From Penicillus capitatus (lineage: Eukaryota; Plantae; Chlorophyta), in the NCBI GenBank assembly GCA_965649825.1, contig OZ287702.1, positions 1,106,786 to 1,170,785 of the forward strand: a DNA stretch of 64,000 nucleotides, read 5' to 3'. Positions 23,694-34,570 of the stretch are shown one piece after another. Numbering within the stretch: position 1 is the first letter of the stretch; the number at the start of each line of letters is the position of its first letter. A program made the translations under genes and the position numbers. The notes under the pieces are model-generated. The model did no database searches, had not been told where the DNA came from, and saw only the letters and a program-made list of their open reading frames with translations.

Positions 23694-24280
23694 CAGTACT
23701 CTCCAAGGTGAGAGTTGCAGACAATGTTCCCCTTTACAACATTGACTACAGAGGTAATCCAATCTAGCGATCTCTGTTTGCATTTGGCTGAATAGATTTT
23801 CTTAGGAGGATGGCTGGCATGCAAGAACCAAAAAAGGATCAACCTAAACATCCGCGAGGGAGTGTCGTTAATTCAGAGCGTGGCTTGATCTCCCTCCGGT
23901 GATGGCTTTCAGATACGCATCCAGGCCGTCTTTTCCATTCCTTTTCCGTTTCGCTCTCTCTCCCTGGATGCCAGTTTTCCTCTTCTGGGCCAACGGAGCC
24001 TCTGTTTCCTTTCTGACGGGTGACCATCTCCTTGTTTGCTGTATTGCTTTTTGTGCTTCTTCCTGACTTTACAGCATTCCTGCTTTGTTTGTGAACTTGT
24101 CTGTTCTTATATTGACTTTGTATGAAGATCTTTTATTTCTTTCACTGTGTCTCTGTCCTTGTTTATTTTTGCTCCTGTGAGTTTTCATTTTGTGTTTCGT
24201 ATTGTCGTTTTCGGTCCCTTTTTGGACACTTAACTGCATGTCCGCGCAGCGCGCCGGATCTGAAAGCCCCTGGAGATGGT
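23110..24280 (+). repeat. Degenerate duplication of a CT-rich intron plus acceptor/exon start (~23110-23530 vs ~23927-24280)
   Basis: Shared CCCTGGATGCC..T..TC.TCTGGGC.AACGGA and GGTCCCTTTTTGGAC.CTTA..TGCATGTCC.CGCAGCGCGCCGGATC blocks. Confidence 0.7.
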
Positions 24281-24399
24281 TGGGCCCACTCGCACCCTCA
24301 AAACTCTCCCACACTGCCCGAGCAGATAGATCCTATTATGCATGCCAATGGCACAATCCTCCGTTGCAGTTCGTCGACCATGCATCATCAAGTGAACGC

Positions 24400-25050
24400 T
24401 CTCTTCTCTCTCAATCGTTGTTACTAATCTCATGCCACAGGTGAAATGACTCATGCCTCCAACGAAGATGTCTGAAGGACCTTGATTCGAAGTCTGCACA
24501 TGAGTGACTGTTTGAACTCTTTCCTGGCTTTCGGATTCTTGTACCTCTTTTGATTTTCTTCGAAGGAAGAGAAAGGTATTCTCTACTGGAGAACAGCTAG
24601 TTGCCGCTGCTGTGGTTTTCCCTAGTCTGTCAGTGGGTGATCTCAGGAGTTTTGATTTCCAGTGGCAGGTGACATCTTGTTCTGCCCTGAGAACACACGG
24701 TTCAGCATTTACTGTTCGGCGTGTTTCTTTTCTGGATTTATTTCATTCTCCGTCTTCTTTTTTCGCACTCTCTACCCACGTTGTTGACCCAATGCGGCTG
24801 TTGACTTCGTTACATGACTAATGACTGTTTTAACTGGCTCCCTAGTTTCCGGGTCCATGAAGAACGCGATGGATGATTGCCAAATGTGCCGACAGATACC
24901 TAATTCGCCCTCGAATTGCTCACCAAAAAATGTGTGATTCTCGAATATGCCTCGGTGATGCCGAAGACGCAGTTGAGGATGTAGACGACTGACTGTCTTG
25001 TTGATGGAGATATAACTAATGTAGCAGACCCCCACATGCCACTGGCACAC
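24400..25050 (-). pseudogene. Second stop-riddled ORF relic in the element
   Basis: Frame GIFENHTFFGEQFEGELGICRHIWQSSIAFFMDPETREPVKTVISHV...QQRG*RVRKKK... continues through TAG/TAA/TGA stops in Gln/Arg-rich context. Confidence 0.35.
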
Positions 25051-25406
25051 GGGGCTGTAAGACCTGAATCATATATGTAGCAGAGGACAACGGTGGTCGG
25101 GATATATTCTGTCCTGAGTACTACACCCGTGGCTTGCGCTGTCTGATCTTGATCGGCAGCCCGAAAACGGCGAATGCGAACGTGAACGCTACCGCTGCAA
25201 CATATCCACGAGGAAAGACCAGTGGATATTATAACAGCGTCATCGGAACGTACGTTTATAGGCTGCAGTCACACAGTCGTTGTTGACTTGAAAGATCCCG
25301 ACTGTTACAAATTCGCCTGTCTTTGCGCACTGATCGTCGAATTTGAGGACGGGGTTTTGAGAGTTCTGTCCCATTCATGAACGGACAGTGAAAAGATTAG
25401 GAACAT

Positions 25407-26890
25407 AGCTAGATAGAGTTAACTAGTGGCTTGCAGATCAGAACATGTCCTGCACGAGCATAGACATAGAATCGATACGTCACTTGCGCCTTGCAGAATC
25501 GCCAATGCTTAATCCAGTTGCGCGGCTGTTCGGCGCGGACCGGGAATCGAACGAATTCTCGAAGACAGAGAGTGAGTGTGCATTCAGGATTGCGTTTCTT
25601 GTCCGTCAGATGCTGTCCTGCCAACGATGGTCGTCACGACTAGCGAATCAAAAGTGAAGGTCCTCAAGAGTCTCGCGTTTGTGTGAGGCTAGCTGAGTAA
25701 TGCGGATTAACAAAAAACCAACAGCGGACTCAAAGCCGCGATCTTTCCAACACTGGTTCGGAGCACATATTGGAGGTAGGTGCACAAACTAGCGTCGGCT
25801 AACGTTCTAAATGGTTTGTTCGTGTTTTCATAGAGTCCAGAAGAGCTTTAGTCAGTTCATTATCACCGAGCGAAAGAACTCCAAGTTGTGTTTCATCGTG
25901 CGCTTGTAGATGCGCTTCGCATCGGTGACGTTGAAATGCTGCGGGAGATTCAACAGTTCATCTGCTTCTGTCACTAGCGGCTCAATCTCCAGAATTTCCG
26001 ACACCCAACTCGTGTACGGACTTCCGAGACGAAAGACACCTAAGGCAGGCATTGGCATGGAATCGGGCATCAGATTTTAATTCACCTTTGTTTTTCATTC
26101 TCAACGCCAATTCATACCAAAGACGCAGGTTAACGTCAACAGTGATGACATTGTACTCTACTGGATAAGTCTTATCAACTCTTTGCAAATGACCCACAAA
26201 AGCCGTTGTGGTGGGAGTCGGTGTAATGTCGTCTATCGCGATGTCGTACGTCTTGAGCGTTTGCTTTGCAGTCGTTTTACAATCCTCCGCCAAGCCACTC
26301 AAGAATCTCTCCAGCTCCGGCGAGCATTTCGCTTTTTTGCAAGCTTTCATCCAAATGCGTGATGTGTGCATCTCCCAGTAAGCGTCCTGAAGACGCATCG
26401 TGTCGAATGCGTCTCTCGGCAACGTGCCATACAACACTCCTGCACAAGTCGTTTTCGATGCAGACCGAGAAAAAGGCGAAGTACCTTGAATGAATTCTGT
26501 GTTGAACGTTTCTTCGACGGTGTCGATGTTCTCACACCACAACTGCTCGCGCAAAGTTGCGTGGACATGAGGGCTGGGAGGACAGCCCCATTTGAATTCT
26601 GACACCGTAATTGTGGGACCGATGTTAATTTCCTCGTCCGCGAAGACCCAACTGCTTGTGCCCTGCGCCGCGTTCGTCGATGGTTTGTATATCTCCTTGT
26701 GGATTCTGAACAGGCTTAGGCAGACAATAATGGAAAGGCCCCAACAGAGAAGCATGGGCCACAGATCTGTCGCGAACGTTCTTCGCGCCGTGGCCACCAT
26801 TTCCTTCTGCGTCGACGAAGAAGCCGTTACGGAGCGATAGCGTCGATGAGGTCGTCCAAGTGACGGCGCGTACGACTGTTTGCGACGGTT
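25407..26890. repeat. Segmental direct repeat, copy 2 (pairs with 12134-13680)
   Basis: See copy 1. The 3' non-coding part is about 98% identical by manual comparison of ~180 nt. Confidence 0.95.
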
Positions 26891-26899
26891 GGACGACAT
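25852..26899 (-). CDS. TenA/THI-4/PQQC-fold protein with an N-terminal TM anchor, copy 2; 3 exons
   Basis: Same exon structure (45-nt and 46-nt introns). Reads EFIQGVLYGTLPRDAFDTMRLQDAYW...RLWYELA...NLEFF, with an intact frame from ATG 26899. Confidence 0.75.
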
Positions 26900-26961
26900 G
26901 TTTCAAAATGGAAGCTAAAACGACCTATTCCGTCTTGAGAGTGAGACAAAGCGTGTTTGGA

Positions 26962-28318
26962 CTAGGGTTTGCTCCATCCACGAAAACTCTCGCTCAGTCT
27001 AAGCGTTTCCGACAGGACAGAAGGGTGGCGATCAAACATCACACCCTTCGAAGCTTCGCCATTGACGAATGCCAACTCCTCCACTTTTCTCTGAGCCTTC
27101 GCTGCATTGATCTTCGTGTCTTCGCTCCAAATCTGATCGCATGTTGTGAGTTCGACGAAAGAGAGTAAGCAGAAGAGCGATACCTTCAGTACACTCGCCT
27201 GAAGAGCACGTCCAAAGGAGAAAGAGAGTCGCCACGGAGCCTTTCGGTTGTCCAGCGCCCTTTTGTTGATTTCGGCCAGGTTGAGACTGGCTTCGGCTTC
27301 GCTCTGCCCACCACTCAGAAACATGACGCCCGGTATAGCAGGAGGCACGAATCTAGAAGAGCCAGAGTGTCACTTCATTTTTCAGGATCCGATCACACCT
27401 GGCCAGTGTTCTCAGTGTCTCCTCGGCGACGTGATGTGACTTCTCTCCGGAAAGAGAAGGCACGCCGTTCATCATCTGTGGCTTCAGAAGGCAGTCCTCC
27501 AGCACTACCGGCCGTTTCCACAGCTCAGCGATGCATGCAGACAAGACACGGGCCGACGCTTCGCAGACTTGAGTTATGGGCTGCGTGCCATCCAATAGGA
27601 TTTCCGGCTCCACGATTGGCACCAAGCCGTACGACTACACAGCCAACGGTCGTTTGGATAAACAGAGTTTTCGGCCGACTTGACTCATGGCAGCGTATTC
27701 GGCTAACTGACAGGCATTGATCTGAATGGCCTTGTCCGATGGCAAGTCCTTCCCTAACTAAGAACCAAAACGTGCAGCTGACATGCGTTTCTTTGGGGCC
27801 ACCTTTAGAGCGGCTCGCCATTTTGTGAAGGTGGCACCTTGGGCCTTGTATTTCTCCAGGTTCTCGGCCAAATGTTCAAGGCCTTTCGTTTCCGTTTCAC
27901 TCTGCGTCCCCGCAATTTCCACCAGCCCCTGCGACCACAGATCTTCAACTCACGCCCGATCCTCAAGTACGACCGCACTTCATCGACTTTGATGCCAGGG
28001 AGGATTCCACGTTGCCTCATACACTCGACGAACGGTGTCCCGTCGCTCGCGGATTGAAAGAGCGTTTCCTTGTACAAAATTGCACCGGCGTAGGCACGAC
28101 CCACGTCGGCCGTATAGAACAGTTCTCGGTACGCTCGTCGCGTCTCCTTCTCATAGCGTCCCGTACAGCGACAGGCTGTGTCGTGTAGAACGCACCTCGT
28201 CATTCGGCAGACCGAACTTCTCAAAACGTTTGCCAATCGTTCCTGTGCTCTCATCCGATGCCAAAATCCCTTTCCCCCAGGCGCAGAGGCTCGTTACGTG
28301 GTCGTGCATCTCAGACAT
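26962..28318 (-). CDS. FBA: Fructose-bisphosphate aldolase, class I
   Basis: [59 protein letters not shown] and FSFGRALQ, with several short GT-AG introns. Confidence 0.95.
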
Positions 28319-28412
28319 GATGAAATGCGACGGGACGACAAGGCATCTGCGCTATCCGAGACATAGCAACGAAGGAACGTCATCGGCGAGTGATCTACAC
28401 CAAGTCGAGTGT

Positions 28413-29546
28413 TTAGATGCCGTATCCGAAAACGGCTTTGATGCGCGTCAGGATGCGCTCTTTCCATCCTGTCTCCGTGACTAGGAGAACATTGGCATTT
28501 CCATACATATCCTCTTCGGGGATCTTTGTCTGATGTAGAGTGACCACCGTCCGTCCACTCTCTGGATGATCGAATTTCATCGATACCTGTCACATCACGC
28601 TCAAAAACAAAGACATTGGCAAAGACTGCCTTCGCTGTACCTCCGAGAAATGATGATCGATCCAGTTGTTGAAGCGCCATGCAAAGGTCAGTTCTGTACA
28701 GGGTTGGATTTTGATGAAGTGTCCAGTGACGGCACCATCAAACCAAGAGAAATCCCCTCCGACAATGTAATCCACCTACGCATAGCATACGAGAGTGCTA
28801 TTGACTCCAAAAGAGCCAGTTACCTTTGCTGGACTCTGTGTGAACGTCTGGAGTTTCCCGGCAACGGTGAAACAATCGAATATATCCTGTGGATTGGCAT
28901 GGTAGCTTTCCACCAGACGGAGTTCATGGAATCCCGGTGTCGATGTCGATACCTGCTTCTTCGCATCACTCTTTTTCTTTGCAGGCAGCTTCTCCTTAGC
29001 TTCTTCCTCAACGGGCTGATCTCCCTGGCGATGAACTGGTACTCCGGATCGCAATTCCTCGACGAATGTTGTTAAACGCCTGCGCAATTCGTCCCTGCCC
29101 TTTGACTGTATCGCATCTTTTAGGCGACGCCCATCTAAATCCTCCTGACTCGGTGTTATCCGAAACTCCCAATCTTCTGGGTCCTGCTCGTCGCTGAAAT
29201 TTGGCACTTCGATAGAACCGGAACTCTTGTCTGCCGTCGGTGTCTGATCTCCTTGAAGGACTTCTCCAGTGTAACCAATTTTGAGATTGAGGTCAAAGCT
29301 GGCAAAGAGTTTGTTTTTTCGATTGTTGATGAAGACATCGCCCGTCACTTTCTCCGGACCCGTAAGTTTGATGGTGACAGAGGCATCGTTGCTGTCTATG
29401 AGTGTGACGTCCGTAAGGAGCTGCGCTAGACGTGTCTTAGACCACAACGTGCAATCCTTTTCCGTCCAATGCCAGTTCTTGACATTAGTACCGTCGTCAC
29501 GCTCTTCAACAATCCATCGAGGATCGCTCTCGTCAAACTTCGCCAT
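28413..29546 (-). CDS. AHA1: Activator of Hsp90 ATPase (Aha1), 3 exons
   Basis: MAKFDESDPRWIVEERDDGTNVKNWHWTEKD N-domain and a START-like C-domain (FSWFDGAVTG, WRFNNW, GWKERI). Stop TAA at 28413. Confidence 0.93.
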
Positions 29547-30060
29547 GGTTTAATCTGCTAACGGTATCCAAGTTTTCGAAAATGAAATGACGGGTGACAT
29601 CTCTGTCACAGAGATGTCATAGAACTCGATGATAATAAGAAGCAGCTGCTGGAAGGCATGCATGTCGTAGATCGAGTTGCCGAATTCGCCCATGTGCCAA
29701 TGCTGTTCTGGATCGTGGACGTCTGTCCATCATTGCCAACTCTTTCTCGCCACATAAAGAACAGCAGCCATACAGGAAAGCGAACATCGAGAGCTGTCCG
29801 ATTGCTCGACGCAATCAAACAGAGGGAAAGAGAAAAGTCGAACGCGAGTCCATTGGCGAAATCGTCAGAACTGAAAGGACAGCATGATCGGCCCGGCTGC
29901 CGTTGGCAGTCTGCCGTCTGCAATAACGACATTTCGCTTTCGGGATGTGATCAAGAGAGATCGTACATGCGCTTCATGTTTTATGCCGAATGCGCGATGG
30001 ATGTTTTTGCAAAACGTGGAGTCATCAACAATTGTTCTCGATCGGGTTCATCCGGAGCTT

Positions 30061-30565
30061 CTACCCCGTTACCTCCACTTGGATCTCCCCATCCTCCGTT
30101 TCGCGAACAGAATAGACCGGAAGCGGCGCAGGATCTCCTTTTCCCACGAAAGGGATTTCGGGAAATGACGGCGCCCAATCGCCCACCACTTCGCCCGTCT
30201 CCAACCTGAACTTCGTCTTGTGTGCCGGGCACGAAATGCAACCATCCTCCACCTGGTCACCAGCCGTCTGGGAAGCAACCTTGGTGTTCCCCTACCTCTC
30301 CTTGCAGAAAAGTTGTTCTCCCGACGATCGGGAGCTTCAGATGTGTACAGACGTTTGATAGGCAATAGAGTTTTCCTTCATACTCTTGAACGAAGACCTT
30401 TTTGCCGCCGACGCTGGCTCGCAAACGACCTCCGCCTTGCTCGAGATCCTTTCGAGTCCCGACCTTTTCATACTCTGCCACCACGATCGCTCGGCGTGGA
30501 ATCTTCGCCGAACGCGTCACCGGCCATCGAGCAAGCGGAGATCGGGTGACGGAACTTGATATCAT
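30061..30565 (-). CDS. Rieske [2Fe-2S] ferredoxin-type protein with a transit-peptide-like N-terminus, 2 exons
   Basis: CTH and CPAH ligand boxes (SNVCTHLKLP; ISCPAHKTKFRLETG) joined by one GT-AG intron. Confidence 0.88.
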
Positions 30566-30769
30566 GTTACAAATGCAAATGGATGTACCAGATGTCTGTT
30601 AGAGCATGGAACGTCACTGTCGAATGACGTGACGTTATCCTATATATTCACGTACCAATGATCCTGTAAGAATAGCCGTCCGGTTCCTCTAGTATCGCGG
30701 CCTCGACGCGCTCAGACCAATCGTCGACGCCCACGGACCTAGAGCATCTCTCCGCAACTCATCAGACAG

Positions 30770-31100
30770 ATGCTCGACCATCACAATTCCAACAAAGCGA
30801 CACTGCCTTTCTGCGATTTCCGTTTATTTGAAACCTGCGACACAGGATGATATCGAATCTCTGGATTACATTATCTCTTAACTTCAAAACGACAATCAAG
30901 ACTTTGTAGTTGGCGGCCTCCTTAACAGTCACTCGTCGCTTTAGAGTCCAGCTTCATCAAATCGTGCTGGCGAAAGACTTAAAGACTTAATTCACGAAAG
31001 AAACTAGCATGTCTTGAACAATCCGGACATCTAACCAACATTCATCACAAAGAAAACACAGAACAGTGGCTTGCTGTTACGTCGATCTCGCTGTGGGCGA
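30770..31100 (+). mobile_element. Non-LTR retrotransposon (LINE) AP-endonuclease relic
   Basis: ISVYLKP...FVVGGLLNSHSSL*SP.SSNRAGERLKDLI...VLNNPD..PTF matches the APE GGDFNAH..WGS..N.RG pattern and has several stops. Confidence 0.75.
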
Positions 31101-31262
31101 CGTTGATTTAAATCGAAACCTGATCGGTGTCTGGAACGCATCGCATCGCATCGTGTGATTCGATGATCGGTCGCGGGAGATCGACGACAAACGACGAAAC
31201 TGCATTCCAAATCTTACAAAGCAAATAACTTGTTGTCCTTTGCTCACGGATGCACACCCAAC

Positions 31263-33029
31263 CTAGTGATGAAATCCCGATTTATAAAGAGAATGTGCCG
31301 CCGTTCCGTGCTCCGCCTCTTCGTCCATGCGACGAGTCCGAATCTGAAGCTCGAATGTGGCTTCTTCCAAATGGTCTTCCTCCTCGTGAATCCACGAACG
31401 GTCGTTCTTGGCGGGATCATCAATCACAAAAGATCCATCGTGAAAGGCCTCCAGCTCCGGATACATCACTCCGCCATGCGCATTCTCCTCTCCGTTGTCA
31501 CACGGCTCGCTGGGGACCTCCTCTGCCAAAGTCGGCATCTTGATTCTGTGTGTCGTGTGCAGACTTTGATATCCATTGGGCTTGGGATTCTTGATGTAGT
31601 CTTTGGAACGATGCGGAAGCACCGGCCACAGTTCGTGAGCAAGGTCACAAATAACATAGCATCCCCTGACAGCCATTTCTTCACATATCTCTTCTGGACA
31701 TCTCGGCCATGCGACAACGCGAACACCCAAGATGTCATGAATCTCTTCTCTTCGTCGGCCGCCTTTGGCAAGCTCCGTCAACGAGAGTTCTTTCCTCATG
31801 AAGCTCGATGGAGACTTCACGCGTGTCTTGATCTCGACTCTATCGACCAGAGCTTTCAATTCTCTTCTTTCCTCCATTCCGTGCGTCAAAGAATTTCGAA
31901 TTTCGTCAAAGATGCCTGAACACATCCACAAAGTCTCCCGATCTTTCTGATCATTCGACATCCGAACGGACTTTCGCTTCGAAACGTGATTTCTCGAAGA
32001 TGCGCCACACTTGATGAATGCGATGCCGGAAAGAGAATCTCCATACAATAGTCCTCCATTCCTGCAGCCAGCTCATTCATATCCAATCTCCTTCCCACGG
32101 AGACATAAATGTACAATCCCTCCAATGCATACGGAACAAGAACATCCTTGGGGACCATCTACATCACAAACCCTTGGAGCGGCTGGATTTCCAGTGCAAC
32201 AAACGTAAGAATGGTACAGCACATCCAAACTCGACACGAACTGCAGAAGGATCGCACGTCTATCACACTGTTCAAAAATCATTTCCTGAATCTTCAGTGC
32301 CGTCGCATCTTCCAACACGTCAACACCATCCACAAGCTCCCGTATACTGATAACGGTTTTCACGAGCTCTGTCACATCAGGCCCCATGACCGTCCTCACA
32401 TCCTCCACGGACACATGTTCTTTCCAAACCTAACCGCACCGACAAACTGTTCGGGACACACAGATCGCTAGAGATGCCGTCACGTACGTGCTCAACGAGA
32501 AGGGCAGCCGCGATGGATGCTGCATCTGCGTACGGGTTTTCTAGACAGGACGTTTTCTCTTGTTTGGATGTCTGGATGCAAGAGATGATCCCACGTGCTT
32601 GACGGAGGGATGTGAGAATGGATGCCACCGACATGGACTTCTGCACCAAACGTCGACCCAGAAAAGGAAATTCCAAAGGGATCCTCTGACTGATGCTCAT
32701 CGAGAAGCGCAATGCCTTCACGATCATCACGACATTCTCATCCGCCACATCCCCTTTCCCAACGATCCCTTCTCCATTCCTCAATCGATCGTTCCATTAC
32801 CTTCAAGTGTCTGTAAGGAAGCAAAAAAGCGATTCCAGGCCTCGGACTGTTTGAACGGCTTCGAAGGGTTCGTCGTCGCGACCCGTTCATGGGGTTGCTT
32901 CTCTGCGTGATGCAGACGCCGCTGAGCGACATGTCTCAGGCGCAGCGGTCCGAATCGCGTTGTGTGGATCTTCTTCGCCTTCTCTGTGCGTCTGAAGCAC
33001 TGGATGCGGCAATCGACTGCCAGAGCCAT
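31263..33029 (-). CDS. RSH: RelA/SpoT homologue ((p)ppGpp synthetase) with a degenerate HD domain, probably plastid-targeted
   Basis: RVKS, IHDILGVRV, RSKDYIKNPKPNGYQSLHT and FELQIRT..M..EAE.G.AAH.LYK are present. The HD position reads AAALLVEH. Confidence 0.88.
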
Positions 33030-33186
33030 CTGGCGACAATGCAATACATCATCCCTCGATCGTCTGCATTGCGCATCGCATCATCTTCGTTGACCACACG
33101 CGAGCGGCACTGCTGCTGTTTGATGCCCCAAGTGAATGAAGCAGCATTGCCCGACCATCATGCATCAGGTTGCCGCCGTTCAAAGA

Positions 33187-34395
33187 TGGGAAGTCGAAAT
33201 CTCCGACGTCCAAGGAAGACTATCGAATCTTTATCTGTGGCCAGGGACATTAACCTGTGCCCGTTTAAAGTGTAATGTCATGCATGAGATGAAAGGAACT
33301 GGCTGTGATGGGTGACGCGATGTAGTTCAAGTCATTCGAGGAGACGTCATCGAGTATCAAGAAGTCACTCCATTCTTTGATGTCTCTTCATACGAAGTGA
33401 AATGCGAGTATCGTTTTGCTTTTGACGTCCCGATGAATTGCTCACACATTCATCTCTTCTTCATCTCTGGGGACATCCATCCAGTCAGCGGAAGACCCAA
33501 GCTGATATCTCGTGCACGTAGGATTCTGTCTTAGATTCTGTCTCATTGTCTGCTCTCAGAATTGTCTTTTAGGGATATCTGTCGCTGTATGCCACTAAAG
33601 AAGTATTTTACGTTGTACAGGAGAGACCGTGTGACACAGAATTGCATTCCGGGTGGTTACGTATGTATGGGTTTTACGTGTCATCGCCATGAATCTTATC
33701 ATGGTGTGATGGATGGCAATCGGATGTCCCTGGATCAAGTGAGTGTCTGCTCTTCTGCCAGAGACGGGGCTTTTGGATTTGCACATCCCTATGAACCAGA
33801 AACACATTCGTTACCCCCACGACCTGCCTCGGCCATTCCTCGAATGCTGCTCTCTGAAGACATCCACGTACCCACACGGATTATCATCCATCTGGCCTGT
33901 TCTGTTCCTGACTGTGGTGATTGATTCTAGTCGGTGTCCGCCTTAGAGGAATTCGAAAGTGACTCCATCTTTGGATCGACGGAGAGAAGCTCGCTTGACC
34001 CGCAACAGAGAACAGAGCAACAGAAGCAATCCGAGGTCTCCGTGCATCGTCATAGAGGTCGTATACTGAAGTGTTTTGGAGGATGTACCTGTTGCCTCTT
34101 CGAGTGGTGTCGAGGCAACTTCTCTGGCAAACGATAGAGCTGCCAGCAAACAATCCGAGGCATTGAGTGAGACGGGAACACATTCATCAAGTCATAGGTG
34201 CGTGTGCAACGGGGTCTGGATCTGAAGCAGCAGCTGTCAAGCTTTAGGGGTTCTCTACATAGTCCATGGTTTGGCATTTTGTTTGGTGCCACGCTTGGAG
34301 TTCTTGGCACCTTTGCGGTGGTGACACTTCGTTATTTATCGAGAAGAAACTCAAAAAGAAGACAAGCCAACGGAACTGGCGTTGTCTGCTGTTAG
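33187..34395 (+). CDS. Hypothetical multi-exon protein with a C-terminal transmembrane helix
   Basis: Protein-like exons (VQVIRGDVIEYQEVTPFFDV...) and a terminal WFGILFGATLGVLGTFAVVTL followed by a basic tail. Splicing is unresolved. Confidence 0.4.
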
Positions 34396-34570
34396 ATCTT
34401 TTCTTTGATTTTTGATTCGAACCTGCCATTTCTATAAATAAGCCCTCGGATAAACGCAATGGTGGAGGATTGATTGGATTCATCTGTGTGCGTGAGCGGC
34501 AATAGAGTCAAGAAGCACGATTCAAACGGGAGTGTACGATCTTCACAATTTGTTGTGATACGTCTCAGAG

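Noticed and set aside
20341-25050. Alternative nuclear code (TAA/TAG = Gln, as in some ulvophytes) explaining the in-frame stops
   Set aside because: Housekeeping genes here end in TAA, TAG and TGA and have no internal TAR codons. Most stops in the relic are TGA.
16991-25274. 9-bp direct repeat CAGTCACAC (16991 and 25266) as a MULE-type TSD
   Set aside because: The sequences just inside the two repeats are not inverted repeats, so this is likely chance.
29598-30209. 183-aa plus-strand ORF between AHA1 and the Rieske gene
   Set aside because: It overlaps the Rieske gene antisense, has no domain or splice support, and is probably spurious.
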